From Ranitomeya imitator (Eukaryota), in the NCBI RefSeq assembly GCF_032444005.1, contig NC_091282.1, positions 1,129,516,001 through 1,129,580,000 of the forward strand: a stretch of DNA of 64,000 nt, given 5' to 3'. Position 1 is the stretch's first letter; each line of letters opens with the position of its first letter. A program made the position numbers and the translations under genes. This document shows positions 23,141-36,270 of this stretch, in pieces. Below the pieces are notes generated by a model. It made no database searches, was not told where the DNA came from, and was given only the letters and a program-made list of their open reading frames with translations.

Positions 23141-24041
23141 CACTTTAATTAAAAATTCCTATTATTCCCTCCATCCTCTCTTTAACTGCTTTATTCATTT
23201 TTACTTCCTGTTTGATGATGATTTGTTTGGGAATCTCAGGGCATACTGGGATATACTCAGTGTCATCAGGGGGCAGAGACCAGAGTCACTGCCGCAGTCT
23301 CTGCCTATGCCTGGAAACGAAGTATCATCAGTGATGTATGTTTCTGGGGCTTGGCTAGTCTCTGCTCTACTGAACATGTATTAGAGGTCAATTCCCACTT
23401 ATACTCAGTAGGATCTTGCCACTGTGTAACATGCACAATGACAGTTCACTTGCTCTCCGGCTATGATGAGAAGTGACACGCCCGTAAGAGAGCACACTGT
23501 CAGAGTGCATTGTAAGTAGAAAACCAGGCAAGCAGAAAAAGCAGAGACCAGACCCACTTCCGCAAGTGACATCACTTGCAGCGTTGGTCTTTGCTATTCC
23601 TACACGCTGGATAATCTCCTTACAATGCGCACTGACAGTGCCCTCTCTTGCCAGCTTGTTACTTCTGATCAGAATTACTATTTTTACTGCGCATACATCA
23701 GAATTGACACCTGACATTTGCTCAGTACAGCAAGGACTAGCCCAGTCCCTGAAACAGAATTTAGTGTTGAAACAGTGATGTAAAACTGACCAAATACTGA
23801 TTAATCTAGTATCCAAAACATTGATGTCACTCGTGCCATTTTTTGAGCATGTGAAAAAACACAGATGTCTAAATGATGCTTTAGGAATGATGAGAAGTGT
23901 AAGAAGCTGAACCAAATGGGTCTGGTTCTGTTTTAGAAATTGTCTGTTAAACTCACTGACGAAACTGACATTCACATGACTGATCCATCAAAAAGGAGAC
24001 TTTTTCCTGCCATTAGTATTGGTGGGAGGATTGGTGGTCAG

Positions 24042-24712
24042 TAGTGTTGAGCGATACCTTTCGATATTTGAAAGTATCGGTATCGGATGGTATCGGCCGA
24101 TATCCAAAAAATATCGGATATCGCCGATACCGATACCCTATACCAATGCAAGTCAATGGGGCACAAATATCGGAATGTATCCTGGATGGTTCCCAGGGTC
24201 TGAAGGAGCGGAAACTCTCCTTCAGGCCCTGGGATTCATATTAATGTAAAAAATAAAGAATAAAAATAAAAAATATGGATATACTCACCCCTCCGAAGGA
24301 CCCTGGCTGTCACCGCTGCAAGCGTCTGCCTACATTCATAAGAATGCAGAGAGTGAAGGACCTTCGATGACGTGACCGCGACGTCATCGAAGGTCCTTCA
24401 CTCTCTGCATTCTTATGAACGGAGGCAGACGCTTGCAGCGGTGACAGCCAGGGTTCGTCGGAGGGGTGAGTATATCCATATTTTTTATTTTTATTCTTTA
24501 TTTTTAATATGAATATGGATCCCAGGGCCTGAAGGAGAGTTTGCTCTCCTCCAGACCCTGGGAACCACACGCACCGCACGCGCCGAAGATGACTAGGAAC
24601 TTCCGATTCCGATTTCCGATATCACAAAAATATCGGAACTCGGTATCGGAATTCCGATACAGCAAATATCGGCCGATACCCGATACTTGCAGTATTGGAA
24701 TGCTCAACACTA
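24042..24712. mobile_element. hAT-type MITE with an internal ~330-bp palindrome
   Basis: TIR TAGTGTTGAGC / GCTCAACACTA; exact 8-bp TSD GTGGTCAG (24034-24041, 24713-24720). Same family as 55813-56587. Confidence 0.9.
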
Positions 24713-25083
24713 GTGGTCAGAGCAATTTACAGAAAGGAGTGGCATATGCTGATAAGTCATGTACATGTACATGGAACAACCTCTGGCTCACCAAGCAGGA
24801 CTTAGGGCTACCTCGCCAGGTGGGAGATGTAAACCACATTTGCAATGCAAATTAATCAACCCCTATTGCAAATTAGGCTCATTAAATAATTTTAGAATAT
24901 TTCTGCTGTTTGCAATGAACCAATCAAATGCAAACAATTTATATGTAGCTCAAAACAACTAAACTAACAAGTAGTTTCTCCAAAACCAATACAAAAGCTG
25001 GACATTGAGGAGGAAGATGAGATGAGTGATTTGCTGCATGATGGGACTGGGGAGCGATGTACTGTAGATTGGGAATGTGTATA

Positions 25084-25540
25084 TGTCATGGTATAGGACA
25101 TGGTTCATGTCCTGCTCTCTCAGGGTTAATATTGCTGGCCTCTCTTTGGATCTGCTAGGGGTAATTATACACACTCCAGACTAGGATTCACTGTCAGCTA
25201 TACTTTCGTCTTGTCTGTGTGTCTGAGCCCTTGAGTGTATGCTCGGTTTGCATTGCTTATTTGTTCTGCTGGCTTTCTGACCTTTGGCTTCCTTTTCTGA
25301 CTATCCCTCCATCTCACCCCTTGGTTACCTCGTTATCTCTTGGTTTTGACTTGGCACGTTTAACTACTCTTCAGTGTATATCGTCTCCTCTACACCCAGC
25401 GCCGCCTTCGACCACCTCCTTCCCTGTCATGTGGTTCAGGTCCTGTTTGCTACCTGGTGAGTTCTCCGCCGCTCGGCTCTCAGCTCCCTTGCTGTGGCAT
25501 GCAGCTCTCCCCGCAGTAGTAATACCCGGGAGTCATGACA
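25084..25540. mobile_element. Solo LTR
   Basis: TGTCATG..CATGACA inverted termini; exact 5-bp TSD GTATA (25079-25083, 25541-25545). Confidence 0.85.
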
Positions 25541-26559
25541 GTATATAGGTGGTGATGTACTTGGAGACAAGTACAAAGCCGATTTGCTGTGGGCCGGAAC
25601 TGAGTTCTGGTTGCCCTGGAACCCCTCTTTTATACGGGGGTCAGTCAGGAGAGTTTGGTGTGGTGGAGTTTGCCTCCACGACAAAATATGGTCGTCACCG
25701 ACCAATTTATTACATTAGAATATAAGTAGCAAAAAAACTGTAAATGACAAAGTTCAAACCCTCTTTTCTTCACCCATGAACAATGTCCACGTTTAATCAA
25801 ACTTGGCTGGCCACAAGGAGGGACTGCCCAACTGGAGTGTCTCAGTCCATTTGATGGAGCAACGACCGCCAGTACCAACTGGCTACAACTTTGACAATAG
25901 TGAGTTCCAGAGCCTACACCTCATTGTAGGGCTATTACCCAAAGAACTTGTGGAACCGTTGGCCTATAACTCGACCAACACTGGAACACAGCTCCCGGGA
26001 GAATGATATCACTGGCATTACTTCGTCTTCTCCTTTAATGACACCAGCCAAGTTATGGGGGAAGGAGGATGATCCCGCCTCCAGGGATGGTCAGAATACT
26101 TCTCCTTGGCATGATTCACCTCTGGAACTTCAGTCTCAGCTACCACAACATCATAGAATTGTAGTTTGAGAAAGAAAAATATAGGATCGCCAGACGGGAA
26201 GCTTCAGCACTGAAGCATTTAACTTCTCCGGTCCTATTGGGGTTCAGTATGCTAGCCTGGGTACTTGAGATCAACTCCTTAGTTGACTAGGGTATCTCCG
26301 TCACTCAGAACATCTCTGGGATCGGGGTGTTCCAGCATCCAATGTTCCAGTCAGAGACTTTGGGCATAGCCTGCGGCAGGGGAAAAGGATCAGGGAGCAG
26401 AAAATCCCTGTCCCATTCTTCCTCCTATTCCACTTTTTCAGCCACTTGGAGGGACATGGACGGCCCAGGGGAGTGCACTCACCTTCATGGGGTATGTATT
26501 CTCGGGCAGGTATCTTCTCCCCCCCGATCCAGCTGCAATACACGAGCCGGACCTCGTGC

Positions 26560-26820
26560 TGGATAAGGTGGTCCTTACCACAATTCTCTATGCCAAAGCA
26601 ACCTGGACTGTCTGCAGCTAGAATGCCAAACAGTTCAATCACTTTCTACTAAGCTGCCTCAGCCGCTTCAGGTGGCAAGCCATTGTAACCAACACATCTA
26701 TCCTGGAACCAGCTGCACCCTGTAATGTCTACACTCACATGCTGAAAGTGCAAGCCAGGTGGGCTGGACATGTTATCAGAATGCCAGACAGTCAATTGCC
26801 TAAAAAATTGCTTGTGAAGA
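26560..26820 (+). mobile_element. RTE-clade LINE fragment (post-RT region), decayed
   Basis: Peptide remnants VVLTTILYAKATWT, RWQAIVTNTSILE, QARWAGHVIRMPDSQLPKKLL match the RTE C-terminal pattern (RWAGHV.RM...RLPK). Ends approximate. Confidence 0.7.
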
Positions 26821-27456
26821 ATATTGGAGATATAATTCCATGTCAATCATTTATATCCTATTTGGCATGGGATTATAAAAACCCCTTCAGTGTGCAGTTG
26901 TAATAGAACACAGCAGCAGCAAGGAGAGGGGGAGATTCAAAGGGCTGTGAGTGACAGATCTCATACCTTGACCAGCTCAGAGCAAACTAAAGGCTTCTTC
27001 GCCATGTGGATGCCATGTGGTCAAAAATATTTTGTTAAGTCTGCTATGATTCCATAGCGAGTTATGGAGATACTATACATCCTAACCATACTTCGTGTAT
27101 ATTTCTGAGATTCCCAGACCAGACCGAATACCTTGCGGGGTCTCAATCCATTCTAGCCTCACAGGGTGGGGAAGTACGTAGAATAACTAGTAGGAAACAG
27201 ACAGCAAAGCTGGGTTTGGTCTTAACGTGTAGCCGGTGCTTGTATGGATCTGATGGCACAAGAACCACCACCCTAGGACCGTCCAGAAAGGAGTTATGAT
27301 CTTTCATAGGTTTTGGAGTTTTTAGCTGTAGAGTTAAGGGGAGAGAATTTATGTTCAGCCTAGAGGAGAGGACAGGAGGAGAGTGACCCAGAGGGGTTAA
27401 ATGCTTGCATAACACATGGCCTAGTGCTTTTCTTCTGGGCAGGTCACAAAGACATA

Positions 27457-29150
27457 GGCTGGGGAATAGCGGGGAGACAGGTAGATTAGTCGGGCAGCAG
27501 AGTGTAGGATGGATTGGAGTGGTGCAGAGTGCTAGAGGGGAGGCCAGAGAGTAGGAGGTTGCATTAGTCGAGGTGGGAGATGATAAGGGCATGCACTAGT
27601 GTTTTTGTGGTGTCTTGGTCGAAGAATGCGCGGATCCAGGAAATATTTTTGAGTTTGAGTTGGCAGGAGGAGGCAAGGGGTTGGATATGTGGCTTGAAAG
27701 AGAGATGCAGAGCCAAGGATCACCCCGAGGCACCGAACATGTGGGACTGGGGAAAGTGAGCAGCCATTGACATTGATGGATAGGACTGGTGGAGGGGTAG
27801 AGTGAGATGGGGGAAAGATGATGAATTCACTTTTGTCCATGTTCAATTTTAGAAAGCGAGCAGAAAAGAAGGCTGAGATAGTAGACAAATATTGTGGGAT
27901 TTTGGCACTTAAGGAAGTGAGGTCTGGTTCGGATAGGTAGATCTGCGTGTCATCGGCGTAGAGATGATACTGCAAACCGTGGGATTCTATGAGCTGTCCC
28001 AGGGCAAAGGTGTAGATGTAGAAGAGTAGGGGTCCTAGAACTGAGCCTTGAGGAAAACTGACAGATAAGGGGCGAGGTGAGGAGGTGGTGTGGGAGAGGG
28101 AGACAATGAATGTTCGGTGTTCGGTCTGTTAGATATGACGAGACCCAGGATAGGGCCAAGTCTGTGATGCCAAGAGATGATAGAATCTGTAGCAGGAAGG
28201 AATGGTCCACATGTCAAAGGCAGAAGACAGGTCCAGGAGAAGGAGGACAGAGTAGTGTAGCTTGCTCATGGCGGTTAGTAGGTCATTGGTGACTTTGGTT
28301 AGGGCAGTTTCAGTTGAGTGATGCGGTCGGAAGCCAGATTGTAACCAGTCGAAGAGGGAACAGGAGGAAAGGTGGGAGGACAGTTGAAGATGGACATGCT
28401 GTTCCAGTAGTTTTGAGGCATAAGGGAGAAGAGATATCGGGCCATAGCTAGATACACAGGATGGGTCGAGGGAGGGCTTTTGGAGGCTGAGTGTGATCAA
28501 GGCATGTTTGAAGGATGAGGGAAAGACACCTTTTGTAACTGAGGGATTGAAGAGGTGTGTTAGAGTTGGGTTGAAGACTGTGGCGAAGTTAGGGATGAGG
28601 TGGGACGGGAGTGGGTAAAGCGTGCAAGTGGTGAGGTGTGATCTTGACAGGAGGGTGGAGAGCTGATATTTTGTCATGATGGAGAAGCTGGTTTTGGAAG
28701 AATAGGGCTGAGCAGCTAATAACAATAATAATAATAATAATGTTATTTATATAGCTAAGAGGGGCATTGAGGGCTGCGGGCCAAAGCTTTCTCTGATCAT
28801 ATCAATCTTCTTCTTAAAGAAGGAGGCAAAGTCTTCAGCAGTAATGAGAGGAGAGGGAGGAGGTGCTAGGGGACGGAGTAGAGAATTGAAAGTCTTTAAA
28901 AGCTGTTTATCGTTGTGAGACAGGGAGGATATGAGAGATGAGAAGTAAGATTGTTTTGCGGTAGTGAGTGTGGACTTGAAGATGGCGAGGGACTGCTTGG
29001 ATGCGATGAAGTGCTCGGTAGAGGGGGGATCGTTTTCATCTCCGCTCAGCAACCCTGGAAACCCGTCTCAGTTCTTTGGTCAGGCTGGTCAGCCAGGGCT
29101 GACTGCTGGTTGTTTGAGTTTTGAGCTATTCATGAGGGGACGGCTGAATC
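27457..29150 (-). mobile_element. L2 LINE fragment, decayed, with internal deletion
   Basis: Minus-strand peptides [60 protein letters not shown]; same family as 15353-17436. Ends approximate. Confidence 0.85.
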
Positions 29151-29599
29151 GTGTTGCTGTTATTGTGTTGTTATAAAAACAACATGGCACATATGTCCCA
29201 TATGGAGGCCCACTCATTGCTTGTGAAATGATACTGTTCCGCAGAGCAACTCACCCGTGCGTGCTGCAGCTGAAACTCCACTATTGCCTGCTGCTTGCAG
29301 GCTTGATGTTCACAAGCAGCAACCAATCATCTGTCTGCTGCTTGATCCCCGTCCATTGCTCCTGAGCAATGTGGGATTAGTCCCCCAAATAGATGTGTTT
29401 CAAAACAGCCTGCAGTTGTTTCCCCCTGGCTGTGCAGAAGTTGTTGGTGCTGGTGTGGCCCTGGGGTCCAATCGCCACAGAGATACTGCACCTCATTCAG
29501 AGGTCTGGTATCCCACTCTCAGGTAAGGAGGGAGGACTATCCAGGACTCTAAGTCTTACATCCAACACACACCATTTCAGTCCGGGCACCTGGGCGTAC

Positions 29600-31776
29600 C
29601 CTTAGGGAGGAAGGCCTCATCCCAGGCTGGATAGGAATGGGTGTTGGGGGTGGGGTAGGTAGAGTAGGGGAGGAGCTATTTAGGAGGGCAAGTGAGGAGA
29701 AGGAGGGAGGAAGTGGAGCAGGTCTGCAGCTCCTTACAGACAGAACAGATGAAGTGGAAATAGAGATAGAAAGAAGCTCCCTGAAAGAAAGAAGGGGTCT
29801 GTGAGACCTGCAACCAGATGTGGAGAGACCAAGTCGCAGTCAGGGGACCAGCCCCAAATTAGTGAGAATCTGCAAGTCTAGCTAAGAAACCGGAGGATGT
29901 GGCTTCTGCAAGGGTCACAGTCACATCCACCCATACTTCACCAAAAAGGCAGCCGTACAGAATCCAGGGGACTGAGAGAACGTCGCCTGACCAGGTTCAT
30001 GGATGCTGGCTTGGGACACTGTGGGTAAGGCACTGGGCAGGAGAAGAGGAAAGCCAGCGTAGAGAGACAGCTAAATGAAGGCATATGAAAGGAGTCCTGG
30101 AAAGGTGCATTCCAAACTACCTGGGAGTTTGTTGGGCCACAGACCCGAAGGACACAGCACAACCGGTCTGGAAACTGCACCTTGCTGTGTCCTTTGCCAA
30201 TGGGGCACTCCAACTTGGCATTAGGAACAGGATGAACCGACCCACTACATCGGGTCTTGTGTGCCTATTTTCAACTGTGTTTCTGAAAAGTGCAAAAGCT
30301 GTGCCTGCACGTCAGGAGAATGATGCAGAAAGAAGAGGCCCGTCAGTCAGGGTTATCTGCCTACTGGCCCAGAATGGCGAGAAGAGGAGAAGGAACCGCC
30401 CACCAAGAAAGAGGAACCACCCATGAAGACGGGCAGGGAGAGAGCGGGAAACTGCAAGGATGGAACAGACCCGGGCAATGCCATGGCAGAGGGAGGTAAG
30501 CGAGCACCAGTGCGTGATGTGGAGCAGGAGGACTCCCCCAGCCAGGACTCGCAAAAACTGTACCAGTTGCCTGCAGTTGGCCCGGACCTCCTGGACGCGG
30601 AGGTAGAGGAGCTGACCTGCCAGCTCCTGCAGACTCAGCTGGCGGCAATAGCGGGATGGAAGGAGGCCTTCCTGGAGAACTGATCGGGTGACTGATGGCC
30701 TTGCCACCAACAACATCAACCGCATCGGAGGAGGAGACCGGCACCGTTGAGACACCAGTGGCAGGTACTGTGACCGACCCCACTCCAGCAAACGACCTTG
30801 CCCCGGTAACCGACAGTACTTTCGTAGGCCCACTTCCCACCCCTACAGCCCCTAGGCTTGGCTGGGCGTCAAGAAATGCGTCCTGGGACCAGACGCCAGA
30901 CATCTCAGACGAGATGCCAACCCCACTGACACCAACGATTGGGCCTCAGGAGGTGCACGCTGAGCCGGTGGTATTTAAAGGGGGACCCCAGGAGGAAACC
31001 CTAGCCATCACATGGGAAGAATATCACAGGCAGCAAAATATTATGCAGAAAAGAGATCCCAGCAGGAGGAGAGGGAGAAGAGGAACCTGCAGGCTAAGGC
31101 CCAAGCCCATAAGAGCAAAAGCATTAACCAAAGTCCACTGCTGCAGGGAATAGGGGTGATAGCCTTTCATCAGAAAAGGGGGTGGTATGCCCTGGATGTC
31201 AAACAGTGTGTACCTGCACCAAGAGGTTTAGCAGTTGCAGACCTGGCTGCAACAACAGACCCTGCAGGTGTGGCCCAATCAGTCACTCAGTGCACACAAG
31301 CCACTCAGACACCTGTGGTGGAATCAACCCTCCTGGCACTGTATGATGTACCTGTGGAAAGTTATGATCCTGATCTTCCCCGACCAGGGAGCGGCTGTCA
31401 CCAGGAGCAGCCTTGGTAAAAGAAGTAAATTGTTCCAGAGATTAGTGAGCAAAATGAAAAAAGTTTGAACGTTGCCTTTATTGCTAACCAATTTGAAGGA
31501 CAATAGGATAATGAACGATGAGTGACCCAAAAACTATTATTGTACATAATTAGCACTTCTTAAAGTGCCCCTTATTGGTTTTACCCCACTTGTTTAGTGT
31601 GAATAGAACCGTGCATGTTTAAATTTGTACCACAGAACTAACTGTCTGGTGTGACCGAAGACGTGGTCCTTTGTGGAGATCAGCTATACTCTGCAGTCAC
31701 AGTCAGAGCCTATGTTGGGGTTTTTGGACGGTTCCCCCATAGCACACTTAATGGAGGGATGCCCCAGCTGGGGATC
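29600..31776 (+). mobile_element. Degenerate Gypsy-like LTR element: 5' LTR remnant, PBS-like site and short non-pol ORFs
   Basis: PBS-like TGGCATTAGGAACAGGAT at 30216-30233, followed by fragmentary ORFs (30423-30683, 30695-31153, 31012-31419). Boundaries uncertain. Confidence 0.4.
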
Positions 31777-32500
31777 TGTTATGAATAGGTAATTCAGAAC
31801 CACAATGGACCTTGAAGTTCAGAGCACACAAAGTGACCTGACAATAACCAAAAAACATAGGACGAGCTCTGAGACGTGGGAACTCTGCTGACCGCAATCC
31901 CTAATCCTATCACACCACACTAGAGGTAGCCGTGGATTGCGCCTAACGCTCCCTATGCAACTCGGCACAGCCTGAGAAACTAGCTAGGCCTGAAGACAGA
32001 AAAATAAGCCTACCTTGCCTCAGAGAAATTCCCCAAAGGAAAAGGCAGCCCCCCACATATAATGACTGTGAGTAAGATGAAAACACAAACACAGAGATGA
32101 AATAGATTTAGCAAAGTGAGGCCCGACTTACTGAATAGACCGAGGATAGGAAAGATAGCTTTGCGGTCAACACAAAAACCTACAAACAACCACGCAGAGG
32201 GGCAAAAAGACCTTCCGCACCGACTAACGGTACGGAGGTGCTCCCTCTGCGTCTCAGAGCTTCCAGCAAGCAAGGAAAACCAATAAAGCAAGCTGGACAG
32301 AAAATATAGCAACAAAAGTAACACAAACAGAACTTAGCTTATGCTGAGCAGACAGGCCACAGGAACGATCCAGGAGGAAGCAAGACCAATACTAGAACAT
32401 TGACTGGAGGCCAGGATCAAAGCACTAGGTGGAGTTAAATAGAGCAGCACCTAACGACTTAACCTCATCACCTGAGGAAGGAAACTCAGAAGCCGCAGTA
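31777..32500. mobile_element. Gypsy-like LTR, truncated at the right end
   Basis: Begins TGTTATGA; is a reverse-complement relative of the solo LTR at 41161-41956 (e.g. GGGAACTCTGCTGACCGCAA vs TTGCGGTCAGCAGAGTTCCC). Confidence 0.75.
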
Positions 32501-32764
32501 CTCTTCCCTCTACAGCGAGGTCCAAGTAGCGAGACCCTGTAGGGGATGTATTCGAGGACTCCTGTGCATTCATACATGACTTTTGGCACAAAGCTTTAGC
32601 ATGCGATCTGTGAGCATATTGCCCTAAACTAGCAGCACTGTCCCAATTGACATCCTACTGTCTCCTCCCAGAGGACGCACAGGCGCCATGTTGTCATTCC
32701 ATTTTCTTTTCCATCTTTTTGCTGAGGGTCATTGTATTTCAACCACACTGGACCCAAACACTTA

Positions 32765-33056
32765 AGGTATGTTTCCACGTTCAGGAAACGCTGCGTTTTT
32801 AATGCTGCGTTGAGCCGCAGCGTCAAAAACGCAGCGTCCAGATGTTACAGCATAGTGGAGGGGATTTAATGAAATCCCATATCCACTATGCAGTAAAAAA
32901 CGCATGCGGCATACCCGCGAAAACGCACATGCGGTGCGTCTTTTCAGAACGCAGCAGGTGACCTGCCAGTGACCTCAGGTGCAGATTTGGTCAGGATTTT
33001 ACTTGCATAAAATCCTGACCAAATCCTGAAGCAATCCTGAATGTGGAAACATACCC
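32765..33056. mobile_element. Harbinger/PIF-type MITE
   Basis: TIR AGGTATGTTTCCAC / GTGGAAACATACCC; TTA on both sides. Confidence 0.75.
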
Positions 33057-33169
33057 TTATTCCCTCACTGTCCAGGAGAGATAGGGCAACAAAGCGCAGA
33101 AATAAATATGGGTTTTTTGAAGGATAACTTCTCAGGATTCCAGAAGCTAAACACAAACACATCCTCTTA

Positions 33170-34184
33170 GGCCAGTTTCACACGTCAGTGGCTCCGCTAC
33201 GTGAGGTGACAGTTTCCTCACGTACCGGAGCCACTGACACACGTAGACACATTCAAATCAATGCATCTGTGCAGATGTCATTGATTTTTTGCAGTCCGTG
33301 TCTCCGTGTGCCAAACACGGAGACATGTCAGTGTTCGTGGGAGCGCACGGATTACACAGACCCATTAAAGTCAATGGGTCCGTGTAAAACATGTACCGCA
33401 CATGGACGTTGTCCGTGTGCAGTCCGTGTGCCATGCAGGAGACAGCTCTACAGTAAGCGCTGTCCCCCCACGTGGTGCTGAAGCCGCAATTCATATCTTC
33501 TCTGCAGCAGCGTTTGCTGTAAAGAAGATATGATAAATCCTTTTTTTTTTTGCTTCTCGTGTTTAACATAAAGATCCATGTCCCCACCCCCCTCCCACCC
33601 CCTGTGCGCCCGCCCGCTGTTATTAAAATACTCACCCGGCTCCCTCGCTGGCTGGCGCTGCTTCCTGTCCTGGCCGCACCTTCTACTGTATGAGCGGTCA
33701 CGTGGGGCCGCTCATTTACAGTAATGAATATGCGGCTCCACCCCTATGGGAGGTGGAGTCGCATATTCATGACTGTAATCGGCAGCCCCACGTGACCGCT
33801 CATACAGTAGAAGGTGCGGCCAGGACAGGAAGCAGCGCCAGCCAGCAAGGGAGCCGGGTGAGTATTTTAATAACAGCGGGCGGGCACACAGGGGGTGGGT
33901 ACATGGATCTTTATGTTAAACACGAGAAACAAAAAAAAAAAGGATTTATCACATCTTCTTTACAGCAAACACTGCTGCAGAGAAGATATGAATCGCGGCT
34001 TCAGCACCAGATGCAGGGGACAGCGCTAAACTTTAGCGCTGTCTCCTGCACGGTGCGTGTGGTACCCAGTGGGCACATGGGCAGCACACGTGTGCCGCAC
34101 GTGTGCCACACTGATGTGCCACAGAAACACACGGGCACACGGATAATTCCGGTACCGGAATTATCTGGACGTGTGGGACTGCCC
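33170..34184. mobile_element. Harbinger/PIF-type MITE with a ~600-bp internal palindrome
   Basis: TIR GGCCAGTTTCACAC / GTGTGGGACTGCCC; TTA TSD (33167-33169, 34185-34187); arms centred near 33746. Same family as 36271-37265. Confidence 0.85.
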
Positions 34185-34823
34185 TTAGCACAGGAGCATT
34201 CCCACACCCCCAGTTTCAGGTCTATTAGAATCCTTCTTCATGGCAGCTGGGCGCTGCAATTTCAATGTTGAGATTTATATTATTAGAAAGCCTTAGACAT
34301 GTATGTATCACTGACCATATGTATTGAATCAGGCACATCACGGGTGCTTATAATGTAGCTTATTTGCTGCCTGAGACAAAAAGTAAAATAGTTCCCCAAC
34401 TTTAGCTTTTGTATATGGGAAAGATGAACAAATGTGCTGGATATGAGTAGGCAGGGCCGTATTTAGAGTTTCTGCTGTCCTAGGCACTTTTAGGCTAGTT
34501 TCACATTTGCGTTAGAATCCGCAGTGTTTAATCCGCATCCGCAAGTACAGGAGAAAATGCATATAAACACGTACAAATGCGGCATTTTTTTAGACGCATG
34601 CGGGAACGCATGCGGTAAAAAAACACCGCGTTTGCATGCTTCTCAATGCGCTTTTTCCTGCGTTTGTGTTTTTGGTGCGCATGGTGACAAATTTTACTGG
34701 AGAAAAATCTAGATAACCAGACACTGCCAATGTGACTACAGAGGGCGTGTATTATGGGATATCTTTATATAGACCCTTGAACAGCTGAAATCTTCAGATT
34801 TTGCTCCTGTTTCCTGTGTCATA

Positions 34824-36171
34824 ATGGATCTTCGCATGGAGAGCTTTTACTTCAACCTGGAATTAAGCATCAAGCTGTTTCTTACCTGTGCGTTTGCTTG
34901 GGAGCAAGACAGAAATCAAGAAAGACGGAGAAGGAGACGTTGTAGGCGTTTTTGGAGACACCTCATTATTGAACTACGTGAGAGCCGTGTAGCATATCAC
35001 ACGCTGTATGGCGAGCTTAATGCCAACTCGAACAAATTTCCGGAATATACAAGGATGTTGCAAGACTCGTTCCGGGATTTGCTTGCTCGTGTCCAAGGAG
35101 CCATACGAAGACAGGACACCCAGCTCCGTAGAGCGATTCCACCAGAAGAATGTCTGCTGATTATATTAAGGTACGTAACAAATCTAAACCAATGGCAGTG
35201 CAAATTTTGGGTGTTCTGACATGTATTTTTGGGGTATTTACCTTTATGTCTTTAGCATAACCACACCATAAATAGAATTGATTGTAATTTTTTTTTTTTT
35301 CCTCCAGATTTCTGGCAACCGGAGAGAGTTTATCATCCCTCCACTTCCAATACCGGCTTGGAATATCCACCCTGTCCGGCATAGTTGCGGACACCTGCTG
35401 GGCTTTGTGGAATGTACTCCGGGATGAGTTTATACCCATACCCACCGCAGACATGTGGATTGGAATTGCGGAAAAATTCTGGAGTGTGTGTGATTTCCCC
35501 AACTGTTTGGGAGCAGTTGATGGAAAGCACATCCGCATTATCAAACCAGCCAGAACAGGATCGGAGTACTTCAATTGTAAAAAATATTTTTCTGTTGTGC
35601 TCATGGCAATAGCCGACGCGGACTGTCGCTTCATCTGCCGTGGCAACAATTCCCAGACTTTTAAGAACTCTGATATGGGCCGCCGTGTGTATGGCAAAAA
35701 TTTTAACTTTCCTCGGCCACGACTGCTCCCCAACACTCAAGGTCCACCAATGCCATTTGTTGTGGTTGGTGATGAGGCCTTTCATATGTATGAAAACCTA
35801 CTTGAGCCATATTCCAGTCGGGACTTGAACCACACTAAAAGGATCTTTAACTACAGACTGACCAGGGCTCGAAGAACAGTAGAGTGTACCTTTGGGATTC
35901 TAGTATCAAAATGCTGCATTCTTGCATCAGCCATTAATCTAAAAATGGAGACAGTCGACGAGGTGGTCAAAGCCTGTGTGGTTCTGCACAATTACATAAT
36001 GGCTAAGGAGCGGCCCAACATTGAACTGGATGAACCAGTTGCACACCCACTGCCCGATTACCAGCATCACCCGCTGCGGTCAACAGCTGAAGTTGGCCAC
36101 ATGCGGGAACAATTTGCTGCCTTTTTTATTCGGATATTGGACGTGTGTCATGGCAGGACAATGTTGTGTAA
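34824..36171 (+). pseudogene. Harbinger (HARBI1-like DDE) transposase, two exons (34824-35170, 35308-36171), damaged
   Basis: GT..AG intron 35171-35307 (GTACGT donor, poly-T+CCTCCAG acceptor) joins ..LLIILR to FLATGESLSSL. Catalytic motifs GAVDGKHI, VVVGDEAF, RRTVECTFGIL. Short in-frame deletion after DCRFI; apparent frameshift just before the stop at 36169-36171. Confidence 0.85.
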
Positions 36172-36270
36172 ATGTCCTGTTGTTATTTTATCTGTACCAG
36201 TTATTTTCTTACATGTTACTAATGTTTCTCGTTAATAAACTTTATTTTTTGGTGTCTTGACCGTGTCTCA

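Noticed and set aside
23388-23975. 195-aa minus-strand ORF
   Set aside because: No recognisable domain, alternative start, and it overlaps degenerate MITE-like sequence; treated as chance.
26190-26560. Possible Gypsy protease/pol remnant on the minus strand
   Set aside because: Only a weak resemblance to the L..PWL..H.P..DW motif across frameshifts; too degenerate to call.
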